Source: Ferruginibacter sp.
GTDB lineage: Bacteria; Bacteroidota; Bacteroidia; Chitinophagales; Chitinophagaceae
Reading direction: 5' to 3'
Assembly: GCA_044230255.1 (NCBI GenBank)
Contig: JBGARK010000006.1
Location: forward strand, 13,033 to 77,032
Length of the DNA stretch: 64,000 bases
This document shows, in pieces, positions 10,115-19,250 of this stretch. The notes beneath the pieces are model-generated. The model saw nothing but the letters and a program-made list of their open reading frames with translations, did not search any database and was not told the DNA's origin. The translations under genes and the position numbers were made by a program. How positions within the stretch are numbered: position 1 is the first letter of the stretch; each line of letters starts with the position of its first letter.

Positions 10115-10738
10115 ATGTTTTTAAAAAATTTTTTTACTTGTACATGTCTACTGGTTATAGCCACTCTAGAATGTATTGCCCAGAAAAAAAACAATGCCAT
10201 AAAATTGATGGGAACGCTAGTGGATTGCTACAGTTATTACAAATTCGATAATTTTAAGAAAATTGTTAGGTCTAGAACAACAATATTGGAATATTACAGA
10301 AATTTAGGAGAGAATGAATATTCTACCTGGGCTATTTCTTCTGGTATTGGTTATAGTAAAATAAACTACAATAGCTATGACTGGGCAATTCAAGCAGAAA
10401 AATATAATGATCTTACTTTTTTCAAGTTAAAGGGAGGTTTAAGATATAAAGAAAGCTTATCGAAAGTTACACTTTTTTATATTGATCTTGGCATTGTTTA
10501 CAACTATGGTTTTTCAAATAAAACAAGTTTGGAAGCCGGAGTAACACAAACTATTTCAAATTTTGGAAATTCAATTGGTATATGTAGCGGTGGAGGTATC
10601 CATTTATTACTTACAAATAAAATAAGATTTGATATTGGCCTATATGGGGAAAATGATTTAACTAAAATATCAATTAATCAAAAGAAAATAAAATTTATTA
10701 AAAACAATATTGTCACCTCCCTCTATTATGCTTTCTGA
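10115..10738 (+). CDS. outer-membrane beta-barrel-like protein
   Basis: Signal peptide ending 'ECIAQ', alternating hydrophobic pattern and a C-terminal aromatic residue ('SLYYAF') typical of OMP barrels. The DNA is AT-rich. Confidence 0.5.
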   Translation: MFLKNFFTCTCLLVIATLECIAQKKNNAIKLMGTLVDCYSYYKFDNFKKIVRSRTTILEYYRNLGENEYSTWAISSGIGYSKINYNSYDWAIQAEKYNDLTFFKLKGGLRYKESLSKVTLFYIDLGIVYNYGFSNKTSLEAGVTQTISNFGNSIGICSGGGIHLLLTNKIRFDIGLYGENDLTKISINQKKIKFIKNNIVTSLYYAF

Positions 10739-10836
10739 TGAAAAAAGTAATTGTTTTATGTATGTTCTTCTTTGCTTTATACCGTTTTTACACCCAGCTT
10801 TATAAGGGTGTTTCACTTTAAAAAATTATCATTCGA

Positions 10837-13380
10837 TTATTGCCCCACCAAAAAAACGGCATTACAAAACATTAACTTACCGTTTTCCCAAAAATTTCTA
10901 AACAGGATATTATCGGCAAGATATATAACGGTACCCTTTCCCAAACGTTGCGTACCAAACAACAGCCCGTCTTTTAACAAAGGCGATAGCTTTGAACCTA
11001 CATAGCCGGCAAGCTGATTATCCTTTTTCAAAACGCCTACATTCCATCCTTCTTCTTTAATAAACTCATACACTTTGGAATCCATTTTTAAAGTATAATA
11101 ATTGCCCGGGTAACCAAAGGCCAATGGATTGCTGTTATCCAGCTCCACATTAAATATGGCGCCCGGCGTAAAGCCCGACACGGCATCTCTTTCTCTTAAG
11201 TTATACTTTTGCAAAGAGGCGTAAAGGTCTTTAGGGCTGTTGCTTTCATTCGTGTCGGTTTTAATTTTTAATGCACTCCAGTCTTGTTTAGCCAATTGGC
11301 TTACCGCAGATTCAATCGCTACCAGTTTTCCACCGTTTTTAATCCACTGTTCCAAAATTTTTGCATCATCCTTTTCCATCAAAAATTCATAATATCCATT
11401 GGGCAAAATAAGCACATCAATATTATGGTCAATTCGTTTAATATCTTCGGCATTAATAAGAGTTACCGGGTAATTAAGTTCCTGCTCAAAGAAATGCCAT
11501 ACTTCCCCGGCTGCATTGGAACTTACGGAATTGCCGGTAAGCAGGGCCACCCGTGGCGCTTTTAACGGTATTACATGAGAACTTCCCATGTCATAACCCT
11601 TATCCACCATTCCTGAAGCAATAGGATACAGGTTTACTTCATAGGTATTGCAAATTTGTGAAACCTTATTCCAAAAATCATCACCCGGTTTTTCATGTAC
11701 TCCCGGAAAAATAATAATAGATCCGCTATTGAATTTTTCATTTCCGGTTTCGAAAGGAGCATCAGCCATACGAAGCTTAAACCCCCTGGCCAGTAATTGT
11801 GCCAGCGCCATTGCAGAGTACTTTCCCTCCCATTTCATAACGCAGGCATAAGTATTAGAAATTTGGTTTTTTTCAAAGGGCTCTTTGTACGTTCCGGTAA
11901 CATTAAATTTTAAGGTGCTGGCATAAGCCTGTAAGCCATAAGCATAGGGCATTGCCCAAGCCGTAATATCATAGGTAACCGAATCGGTAAGTTTGGTATT
12001 GGGTTCAAACAACGCTTTTACCATTACCGCAGCGGGTTGGGCAGCGCTTATTACAATATCGTTTGGGGCGATGGTGAAACCCTCTTCTTTTTTAGTTTGA
12101 TAATTAAACCCTTTGCCCGAACCGTTTCCTGTGCCGTATAAAATTTTGTTTTGGTCTAAAAGCTGCAAAAGCGCTTTTACTTTTTGATGATCGGATGGCG
12201 GGTTTTTTATGATATAGGTTTTATAAAACCCTACAGTTCCATTTTTGGCCTGTATAAAATAATTTTTAAATTCCGATACGAGTTGAGCTGCATTTTGAGA
12301 AGCAACTTCTATGGTGCTAAGGCTTGTTGTGTAATGATGCAATAAACGATCGTATAAGGTAAGGGTATCCCCATCATGGGTTAATACACCCAGGCCGCCT
12401 TCGGGGCCGCCGGCCTGCTCATACGTCATGCCAATGGAGCCGTTATAAATGGGATAGGTATCGCCATAAGATGGATACAATAAATCAAAAATTTCTTTGG
12501 TGAAATACAGCCAGCCGTTTTTGTCAAAATAACGGGCATGATTTTTCCCAATTTGTTCCTGGAATTTTCTTTGCCATGCCGTGATGGCTTCGTGGTAAGG
12601 CTGGGCAGCCGGGGCAAAATAATAGTTATCGTTAATGCCTTGCTCATGAAAATCTACATGCACCTGGGGCATCCAGTTTAGGTATTGCTTAATCCGTTGC
12701 CGGCTTTCCTGCTGGGTTTGCCAGGCCCAATCCCTGTTTAAATCAAAATTGTAATGGTTGGTTCTGCCGCCCGGCCAGGGTTCATTATGTTCCCTCGCAA
12801 TTACATTTGGGTTAAATTGTTTACCCACTACACTATTGAACCAGTTCACATACCTGTCCCTTCCATCGGGGTTTAAGCAGGGATCAATAACCACCACGGT
12901 ATTGGATAGCCATTGCCTGGTTTGGGTATTTTTAGGGTTTACCAACTCATAAAGTGTAAGCATGGCGGCTTCGGAAGAAGAGGCTTCATTGCCATGTACA
13001 TTATAACTTAACCATACAATGGGTATGGGTTTTTCCGTTGTTCCGGATGTTGCCCCGGCAAGTTGTAAATTATTTTGCCGGATGTTCTCCAAATTGGCCA
13101 TATTTTCCGCAGAGGATATAAAAGCAAGCCATAACGGCCTGTGCTCATTGGTTTCGCCATAATACTGCAGTTTAACCATTGCCGGGGCGGCAAGGGCAAC
13201 CTGCTTAAAATAATTTACAATTTGGTGATGCGGGGTAAACCTGCTGCCCAAACGATATCCCAAAAATTCATCGGGAGATTGCAATTGGGCTTTTGTATAA
13301 AATTGTGTACCCAATAAAAACAAAAACAATAGTACTTTTTTCAATTTGATGGATTTATTGATGAAGGGTTGTGGTTTCAT
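10837..13380 (-). CDS. M14-family zinc carboxypeptidase, secreted, multidomain
   Basis: Signal peptide. 'YNVHGNEASSSEA' matches the HxxE zinc-binding motif of M14 carboxypeptidases. 847 aa. Confidence 0.8.
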   Translation of the reverse strand: MKPQPFINKSIKLKKVLLFLFLLGTQFYTKAQLQSPDEFLGYRLGSRFTPHHQIVNYFKQVALAAPAMVKLQYYGETNEHRPLWLAFISSAENMANLENIRQNNLQLAGATSGTTEKPIPIVWLSYNVHGNEASSSEAAMLTLYELVNPKNTQTRQWLSNTVVVIDPCLNPDGRDRYVNWFNSVVGKQFNPNVIAREHNEPWPGGRTNHYNFDLNRDWAWQTQQESRQRIKQYLNWMPQVHVDFHEQGINDNYYFAPAAQPYHEAITAWQRKFQEQIGKNHARYFDKNGWLYFTKEIFDLLYPSYGDTYPIYNGSIGMTYEQAGGPEGGLGVLTHDGDTLTLYDRLLHHYTTSLSTIEVASQNAAQLVSEFKNYFIQAKNGTVGFYKTYIIKNPPSDHQKVKALLQLLDQNKILYGTGNGSGKGFNYQTKKEEGFTIAPNDIVISAAQPAAVMVKALFEPNTKLTDSVTYDITAWAMPYAYGLQAYASTLKFNVTGTYKEPFEKNQISNTYACVMKWEGKYSAMALAQLLARGFKLRMADAPFETGNEKFNSGSIIIFPGVHEKPGDDFWNKVSQICNTYEVNLYPIASGMVDKGYDMGSSHVIPLKAPRVALLTGNSVSSNAAGEVWHFFEQELNYPVTLINAEDIKRIDHNIDVLILPNGYYEFLMEKDDAKILEQWIKNGGKLVAIESAVSQLAKQDWSALKIKTDTNESNSPKDLYASLQKYNLRERDAVSGFTPGAIFNVELDNSNPLAFGYPGNYYTLKMDSKVYEFIKEEGWNVGVLKKDNQLAGYVGSKLSPLLKDGLLFGTQRLGKGTVIYLADNILFRNFWENGKLMFCNAVFLVGQ

Positions 13381-13490
13381 TTATGACCTCACCTCAAAAC
13401 CTGTTACCAGGAGCAAAGTTAACGGTACGCTATATATACAGCAGCAAATTTTGGAGGAATGGAAAAACAATTGGTTATCTTGCAGCCTTC

Positions 13491-13979
13491 ATGACATCAT
13501 CTTTTTTTACCTATAATAAAGCAAAAGTAATACAGGCATTGCGCTATCATTTCATCAGCCGTAAAGAAATAAAAGCGTTAATTGTAATTGTAAACATTTT
13601 TGCCATTGTTTCGGCCGCATTATTTTACCTTAAAAAAATTAATCCACTGGCCTTTTTAATCAGTTCGGTATTATGGTTTACGCTCATGATTTCTTTTTGG
13701 TATTTAATGCCCGCCATAATTTATAACCGGGCAAAAACCTTTAAAGACCGCTTTAGGGTAAACCTGGGCCCGGGTGAATTTTATATTGAAAATGCCAATG
13801 GCAGCCGTTCCTGGAGCTGGTCTGATTTTAGCACCTGGATGGAAACTCCGCATTTCATTCATTTATATTTTAACAGCCGGTCGTTTTTTATTATCCCTAA
13901 AGAAGCTTTTGAAGAGGTGGAAATGCATGAAGTAAGGGTATTGCTCAATGAAAAAATAACCCGTAAGTCCAGAGCCTGA
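13491..13979 (+). CDS. YcxB-like membrane protein (hypothetical)
   Basis: I prefer the ATG at 13491 over the ORF-track start at 13371, which overlaps the divergent peptidase gene. It has two TM helices followed by a soluble domain. Confidence 0.45.
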   Translation: MTSSFFTYNKAKVIQALRYHFISRKEIKALIVIVNIFAIVSAALFYLKKINPLAFLISSVLWFTLMISFWYLMPAIIYNRAKTFKDRFRVNLGPGEFYIENANGSRSWSWSDFSTWMETPHFIHLYFNSRSFFIIPKEAFEEVEMHEVRVLLNEKITRKSRA

Positions 13980-14007
13980 TTACAGCATTTGAGCCCATAC
14001 CATGTAA

Positions 14008-14439
14008 TTAAAAAATAGACTTTTCCATTACATGGTGGGGAATATTGAGTTCTAAAAACTGGTCGCCTTTTATTTTATAGCCACATTTTTCATAAAATCC
14101 TACTGCCGTATCCCGTGCATGCATCATCACTTTATTATAACCTTTATCCCTTGAAATGCTTTCTACAAAAGCAATAATGGAAGCGCCAATGCCCTTTCCC
14201 TGCAAATTATTATTAACCGCCATTTGCCGTAGTTGAATGGTTCCCCTGTCTTTTTTTACCAGCATACAGCATCCCAGCATAACCTCTTCATCAAAAGCGC
14301 CAATTAACAAATTGTCCCGCTCTTTAGCCAGCTCTTCATCCGAAAAGGTAAGTCCGAGGGGGGCCCTTAATATTAAATAGCGCATATGCACCATCTGCCG
14401 GTATTCGTTACTGCCATGCTCAATTAATTTAAGCCCCAT
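14008..14439 (-). CDS. GNAT-family N-acetyltransferase
   Basis: 'LRQMAVNNNLQGKGIGASII' is the acetyl-CoA-binding Q/RxxGxG/A motif. A start at Met26 (14439) gives a typical 143-aa GNAT. Confidence 0.75.
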   Translation of the reverse strand: MGLKLIEHGSNEYRQMVHMRYLILRAPLGLTFSDEELAKERDNLLIGAFDEEVMLGCCMLVKKDRGTIQLRQMAVNNNLQGKGIGASIIAFVESISRDKGYNKVMMHARDTAVGFYEKCGYKIKGDQFLELNIPHHVMEKSIF

Positions 14440-14617
14440 GCGGTTATATTTTATAGTAGAAAAAGCAATTTTGGCCACTTCCAAATTACATATTTTTTCA
14501 ACACAAATGCACAATTGGCAATTTTTGATGTTTTTACGTGCTTTTTCTTATTTCCCGGGGGAAAAATTCCAAAAAAAAGAGTGGTATATTCGTTGATTAG
14601 TATTTCTTTGCAATTCA

Positions 14618-14647
14618 TTGCAATTAATACAAAAACTATATTTTTGC
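14618..14647 (+). promoter_or_regulatory. candidate Bacteroidota sigma-A promoter for acpP
   Basis: TTG (14618-14620), a 19-nt spacer, then TATTTTTG (14640-14647) fits the TTG-N19-TAnnTTTG consensus. It lies about 28 nt upstream of the acpP ATG. Confidence 0.45.
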
Positions 14648-14674
14648 AACCAGTTTAAACTAAACCTTAATAAC

Positions 14675-14911
14675 ATGTCAGACATTGCTACAAGAGTTAA
14701 GAAAATTATTGTTGACAAATTAGGAGTGGATGAAGCCGAAGTGACCAATGAAGCTTCTTTCACTAACGATTTAGGTGCAGATAGCCTGGATACGGTTGAG
14801 CTCATTATGGAATTTGAAAAAGAGTTCAATATTTCTATTCCGGATGAACAAGCTGAAACCATCACTACTGTGGGTCAGGCCGTTTCTTATTTAGAAGAAA
14901 ACGCTAAGTAA
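14675..14911 (+). CDS. acpP: acyl carrier protein
   Basis: '[17 protein letters not shown]' is the phosphopantetheine attachment site. It is 78 aa from the internal ATG at 14675. Confidence 0.95.
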   Translation: MSDIATRVKKIIVDKLGVDEAEVTNEASFTNDLGADSLDTVELIMEFEKEFNISIPDEQAETITTVGQAVSYLEENAK

Positions 14912-14941
14912 TTACATTCTTTAATTTACACAGGCAAACTG

Positions 14942-16195
14942 ATGGCTTTAAAAAGAGTTGTTGTAACAGGGCTTGGCGCACTTACCCCATTGGGTAAAAC
15001 CGTTAATGAATACTGGCAAGGACTCCAGGACAGTGTTAGCGGTTGCGACTTTGTTAAGCAATTCGACATTTCCAAATTTAAAACACGGTTTGCCTGTGAG
15101 GTTAAAGACTTTGATCCTACGCACTATCTCGACAAAAAAGAATCCCGAAAATTAGACCGGTACTGCCAGTTTGCACTTATCGCCAGCGATGAAGCCGTAA
15201 AAGATGCCGGCATTACAGCAACAAATTGTAACCCCGACAGGGTTGGGGTAATTTTTGCCAGCGGCATTGGTGGCCTTATCACCTTCCAGGAAGAAGTTAC
15301 CAATTATGCCACCGGCGATGGTACCCCACGCTTCAATCCTTTTTTTATTCCAAAAATGATTTTGGATATTGCGGCGGGGCAAATCTCAATACGCCATGGC
15401 TTTAGAGGACCCAACTTTGCCGTAGTAAGTGCATGTGCATCCAGCACCAATGCCATTATTGATGCTTTTGACAATATTAGGCTGGGCAAAGCCGATGTAA
15501 TTGTAACCGGTGGTAGCGAAGCCGTAATTAGCGCTGCCGGTGTTGGGGGTTTTAATGCCATGAAGGCGCTTAGTGAAAGAAACGATGATCCCAAAACAGC
15601 CAGCCGGCCATTTGATAAAGACCGGGATGGTTTTGTAATGGGCGAAGGAGCCGGGGCCCTGGTTTTGGAAAGCCTTGATCATGCTCTTGCAAGAGGAGCC
15701 AAAATTTATTGCGAAATTGCCGGGGGCGGAGCCACCGGGGATGCTTACCATATTACCGCACCACATCCCGATGGATTAGGCGCCAATAATGTAATGAAGG
15801 CAGCGCTTAACGATGCCAATTTGAAGCCTGAAGATATTGACTACATCAATGTTCACGGCACTTCAACGCCATTAGGCGATATTGCAGAAACCAAGGCTAT
15901 TTTAAATGTATTTGGCAACCATGCCTACAACCTCAATATCAGTTCTACCAAAAGCATGACCGGCCATTGCCTTGGTGCAGCAGGCGCCCTGGAAGCTTTA
16001 GCCTGTATTTTAGCCGTTACAAAAGATGTGGTACCCCCTACCATTAATCACTTTACCGACGACCCGGAACTTGATCCAAAACTAAATTTTACGTTTAATA
16101 CCGCACAAAAGCGTACCGTAAATGCCGCCCTTAGCAATACTTTTGGATTTGGCGGCCACAATGCCAGCATTATTATTAAAAAATATAGGGATTAA
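14942..16195 (+). CDS. fabF: beta-ketoacyl-ACP synthase II
   Basis: 417 aa, active-site 'SACASS', 'HGTSTPLGD' and 'GFGGHNASIII'. It sits immediately downstream of acpP. Confidence 0.95.
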   Translation: MALKRVVVTGLGALTPLGKTVNEYWQGLQDSVSGCDFVKQFDISKFKTRFACEVKDFDPTHYLDKKESRKLDRYCQFALIASDEAVKDAGITATNCNPDRVGVIFASGIGGLITFQEEVTNYATGDGTPRFNPFFIPKMILDIAAGQISIRHGFRGPNFAVVSACASSTNAIIDAFDNIRLGKADVIVTGGSEAVISAAGVGGFNAMKALSERNDDPKTASRPFDKDRDGFVMGEGAGALVLESLDHALARGAKIYCEIAGGGATGDAYHITAPHPDGLGANNVMKAALNDANLKPEDIDYINVHGTSTPLGDIAETKAILNVFGNHAYNLNISSTKSMTGHCLGAAGALEALACILAVTKDVVPPTINHFTDDPELDPKLNFTFNTAQKRTVNAALSNTFGFGGHNASIIIKKYRD

Positions 16196-16246
16196 ATTTC
16201 GGTTTCCCTTTTTTTATACAAATACGCTAATTTCGGTGTTTGATAT

Positions 16247-16975
16247 ATGCACGTAGATTCTACATTGCAATTCTTTAAATCATTTTTTGATAAGGCGCCA
16301 AGCAACCAATCATTCAAAAAACAGTTGAGTAATGTTCTGGGCTTCAGGCCAGGTGACATTAGCCTTTATAAAACTGCCTTAAGCCACCGCTCTATTAGAG
16401 AAGGCGCAGATGAAAACAATGAACGGCTGGAGTTTTTGGGAGATGCCGTTTTAAGTTCAATAATAGCCCATTACCTGTTTAAAAAATATCCCTACAAAGG
16501 TGAAGGTTTTCTTACTGAAATGCGGAGCAAAATGGTAAACAGGGCCAAACTCAATGAAATAGCCCTTAAAATGGGGTTAAAGAAAATTACCTTTTACAAC
16601 AAGTTTGATAATGCGCTTAAAATTTCCCAAATTTTTGGAAATACGCTGGAAGCCTTAATTGGCGCCGTTTACCTCGATATTGGTTATAAAAAAACGCAAC
16701 ATTGGGTAGAAAAACAAATTATACTACCGCATATGTTTACCGACGACCTGGAAGGAGTGGAGATCAACATTAAAAATAAACTTTACGGCTGGGCCAATAA
16801 AAACGGAAAAGCATTGGAGTTTACCACGCTTGAAGAAAAGTTTGAAAGCGGGAGACGCATTTTCACCATTGGCGCCACCGTAGATGGGGAATTAATAGCA
16901 CAAGGAAAAGGATATAATAAAAAAGATGCCAGTCAACTGGCCGCACAGATTGCGGTAGAAAAACTCGGACTTTAG
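16247..16975 (+). CDS. rnc: ribonuclease III
   Basis: RNase III signature 'ERLEFLGDAVL' plus a C-terminal dsRBD ('GKGYNKKDASQLAAQIAVEKL'). Confidence 0.9.
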   Translation: MHVDSTLQFFKSFFDKAPSNQSFKKQLSNVLGFRPGDISLYKTALSHRSIREGADENNERLEFLGDAVLSSIIAHYLFKKYPYKGEGFLTEMRSKMVNRAKLNEIALKMGLKKITFYNKFDNALKISQIFGNTLEALIGAVYLDIGYKKTQHWVEKQIILPHMFTDDLEGVEINIKNKLYGWANKNGKALEFTTLEEKFESGRRIFTIGATVDGELIAQGKGYNKKDASQLAAQIAVEKLGL

Positions 16976-16984
16976 GATGATGTA

Positions 16985-17019
16985 GAGTTATGAGTGATGA
17001 GTTATGAGTGATGAGTTTT
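16985..17019. repeat. short tandem repeat (7-nt unit GAGTKAT, about 5 copies; equivalently a 14-mer x2.5)
   Basis: Read directly: gagttat gagtgat gagttat gagtgat gagtttt, in the rnc-gpsA spacer. Confidence 0.8.
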
Positions 17020-17080
17020 AGGAATACAGGAAGTTATTTACATATTGAGTAACAAAAAAACGAACTAACGAGAAACGATT

Positions 17081-18109
17081 ATGATGAAATTTGGAATATT
17101 GGGAAGTGGAAGCTGGGGTACAGCGCTGGCTAAAATATTAACCGACAACGGGCAAACCATTTATTGGTGGAACCGGAGCGCATCAGCCATAGAGCAGTTT
17201 AAACTCAGGGGCCACAATCCTCAATACTTACAATCGGCACGTTTTAATACCACACAACTGCAGCTTACTACAAATGCTTCAGATGTTGTTAGCAACAGCG
17301 ATGTAATTGTAATTGCCATACCTTCATCATTTGCCGTGGAAACTTTATCGGCATTACCCAAAAATATTTTTGAAGGCAAAAAAATTGTTTCGGCCATTAA
17401 AGGCATTTTACCACAAAACAATTTACTGCTCAATGATTATTTAATGCGGGAATTTAATGTGGACCTTCAAAATTACTTTGCCGTAATGGGTCCCTGCCAT
17501 GCCGAAGAAGTGGCCAGGGAACGATTATCCTATCTCACTTTTTCAGGCACGGATAAGGAAACAGCCACCACTATTGCCGGTTATTTTAAAACTACCTATA
17601 TCAACACGGTAATCAATAAAGATATTTACGGCGTACAATACGCTGCCATTTTAAAAAATATTTATTCGGTGGGCTCCGGTATTGCACATGGCCTGGAGTA
17701 TGGCGATAATTTTTTAAGCGTACTTATTGCCAACAGCGCCGATGAAATGGCAGGTTTTTTGCGCAAAGCCGGAATCATCAATGCCGAAGTAGGTTATTTG
17801 GAAACCAATGAAAATGTACGCACCAATTATGCCGCATCGGTTTACCTGGGTGATTTACTGGTAACCTGCTACTCCCTGTTTAGCCGCAACCGCACTTTTG
17901 GTAATATGATTGGCAAAGGATACACCGTACAAGCCGCACAATTGGAAATGAATATGGTGGCCGAAGGCTATAATGCCAGCAAATGCATGCACCTCATCAA
18001 TGAACATATAGGCGCACCCATGGTTATTGCCGATACGGTATATAATATTTTATGGAACGGGCAAAATGCTGCAGGAAGCTTTAAGCAGTTAGAAAAAAAT
18101 TTAGTGTAA
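17081..18109 (+). CDS. gpsA: NAD(P)H-dependent glycerol-3-phosphate dehydrogenase
   Basis: N-terminal Rossmann motif 'GSGSWGTALA', 342 aa. Confidence 0.9.
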   Translation: MMKFGILGSGSWGTALAKILTDNGQTIYWWNRSASAIEQFKLRGHNPQYLQSARFNTTQLQLTTNASDVVSNSDVIVIAIPSSFAVETLSALPKNIFEGKKIVSAIKGILPQNNLLLNDYLMREFNVDLQNYFAVMGPCHAEEVARERLSYLTFSGTDKETATTIAGYFKTTYINTVINKDIYGVQYAAILKNIYSVGSGIAHGLEYGDNFLSVLIANSADEMAGFLRKAGIINAEVGYLETNENVRTNYAASVYLGDLLVTCYSLFSRNRTFGNMIGKGYTVQAAQLEMNMVAEGYNASKCMHLINEHIGAPMVIADTVYNILWNGQNAAGSFKQLEKNLV

Positions 18110-18169
18110 CTAAAAAATTCAAAAGATAAGGGCCGATAGACCCAGCTTATTTTTCTGTAATTTTACCTT

Positions 18170-19204
18170 ATGTCAAACCCCCATCTTAATACCGAATTAA
18201 GCAAAATGAGCGGCGCCGAAAAGGAGTTTGAAAATAATATACGCCCTGCTGCATTTGAGCAATTTAGCGGGCAGCAGCAAATTATCAACAACATCAGCAT
18301 TTTTATAAAGGCCTGCAGGCAAAGGGGCGAAGCCCTGGATCATATCCTTTTTCATGGCCCCCCGGGATTGGGCAAAACCACCCTTAGCCGCATTGTAGCC
18401 AATGAAATGGGTGTAAACATTAAAGAAACCAGCGGCCCGGTAATAGAAAAACCCGGCGACCTTGCCGGCCTGCTTACCAACCTTGAGCCCAATGATGTTT
18501 TGTTTATAGATGAGATACACCGGCTGAGTACCGTAGTAGAAGAATACCTCTACGCTGCAATGGAAGATTTTAGAATTGACATTATGATAGACAGCGGCCC
18601 CAATGCCCGCTCCGTACAAATAAATTTAAATCCATTTACCCTTATAGGCGCCACTACCCGAAGTGGATTACTTACAGCGCCCCTGCTTAGCAGGTTTGCC
18701 ATTAAAAACAGGCTGGAGTATTATGATGGTAAAACTTTAAAAGCAATCTTAGTACGCAGTGCAGGAATATTAAATACCAAAATAACCAGCGATGCTGCCG
18801 AAGAGATTGCCCGGCGTAGCCGTGGAACACCCCGTATTGCAAATGGCCTGCTGAGGAGGGTAAGAGATTTTGCACAAGTACTCGGCAATGGCATAATAGA
18901 TTTAAAAATAACAGAACATGCTTTGCGAGCCTTAAATGTAGATGAATACGGCCTGGATGAAATGGATAATAAAATTCTCAATACCATTATTGATAAATTT
19001 AAAGGCGGCCCTGTAGGCATTACCACCATTGCCACTGCCGTAGGCGAAGAAACCGGTACGCTGGAAGAAGTGTACGAGCCTTTTTTAATACAGGAAGGTT
19101 TTATTGTACGCACCGCAAGAGGAAGAGAAGTTACCGAAAAAGCCTATAAGCATTTAGGCAAAAAGCCCAACCCCAAAGGCAGGCAAAACGAGTTGTTTGA
19201 ATAA
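18170..19204 (+). CDS. ruvB: Holliday junction branch-migration helicase RuvB
   Basis: Walker A 'GPPGLGKTT', 'LFIDEIHRL', '[15 protein letters not shown]'. Confidence 0.95.
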   Translation: MSNPHLNTELSKMSGAEKEFENNIRPAAFEQFSGQQQIINNISIFIKACRQRGEALDHILFHGPPGLGKTTLSRIVANEMGVNIKETSGPVIEKPGDLAGLLTNLEPNDVLFIDEIHRLSTVVEEYLYAAMEDFRIDIMIDSGPNARSVQINLNPFTLIGATTRSGLLTAPLLSRFAIKNRLEYYDGKTLKAILVRSAGILNTKITSDAAEEIARRSRGTPRIANGLLRRVRDFAQVLGNGIIDLKITEHALRALNVDEYGLDEMDNKILNTIIDKFKGGPVGITTIATAVGEETGTLEEVYEPFLIQEGFIVRTARGREVTEKAYKHLGKKPNPKGRQNELFE

Positions 19205-19250
19205 TAGCCTTACCCAAAAATCAAGTTTGCTTAAGAATTGCAGGAAACGA

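Noticed and set aside
10790-10811. Weak hairpin acaccc-N10-gggtgt after the islet beta-barrel gene, as a possible terminator
   Set aside because: The stem is only 6 bp with a 10-nt loop and an interrupted T-tract. That is not convincing enough to list as a feature.
10751-11005. 84-aa plus-strand ORF overlapping the 3' end of the M14 peptidase gene
   Set aside because: It overlaps a well-supported gene on the opposite strand, and its translation looks random.
13371-13490. N-terminal extension of the YcxB-like ORF
   Set aside because: The extension overlaps the start of the divergent M14 peptidase gene and does not look like protein. The internal ATG at 13491 gives a compact gene.
14548-14865. 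105-aa minus-strand ORF overlapping acpP and its promoter
   Set aside because: It is antisense to the unmistakable acyl carrier protein, and its Ser-rich translation is typical of a shadow frame.
18197-19113. Antisense ORFs of 140 and 130 aa inside ruvB; similar cases occur at 15304-15766 (fabF), 36389-36793 and 37230-37538 (RSH gene), 49009-49552 (carB) and 4670-5020 (purH)
   Set aside because: All are opposite-strand or off-frame shadows of strongly supported housekeeping genes. None has a recognisable domain or independent signals.
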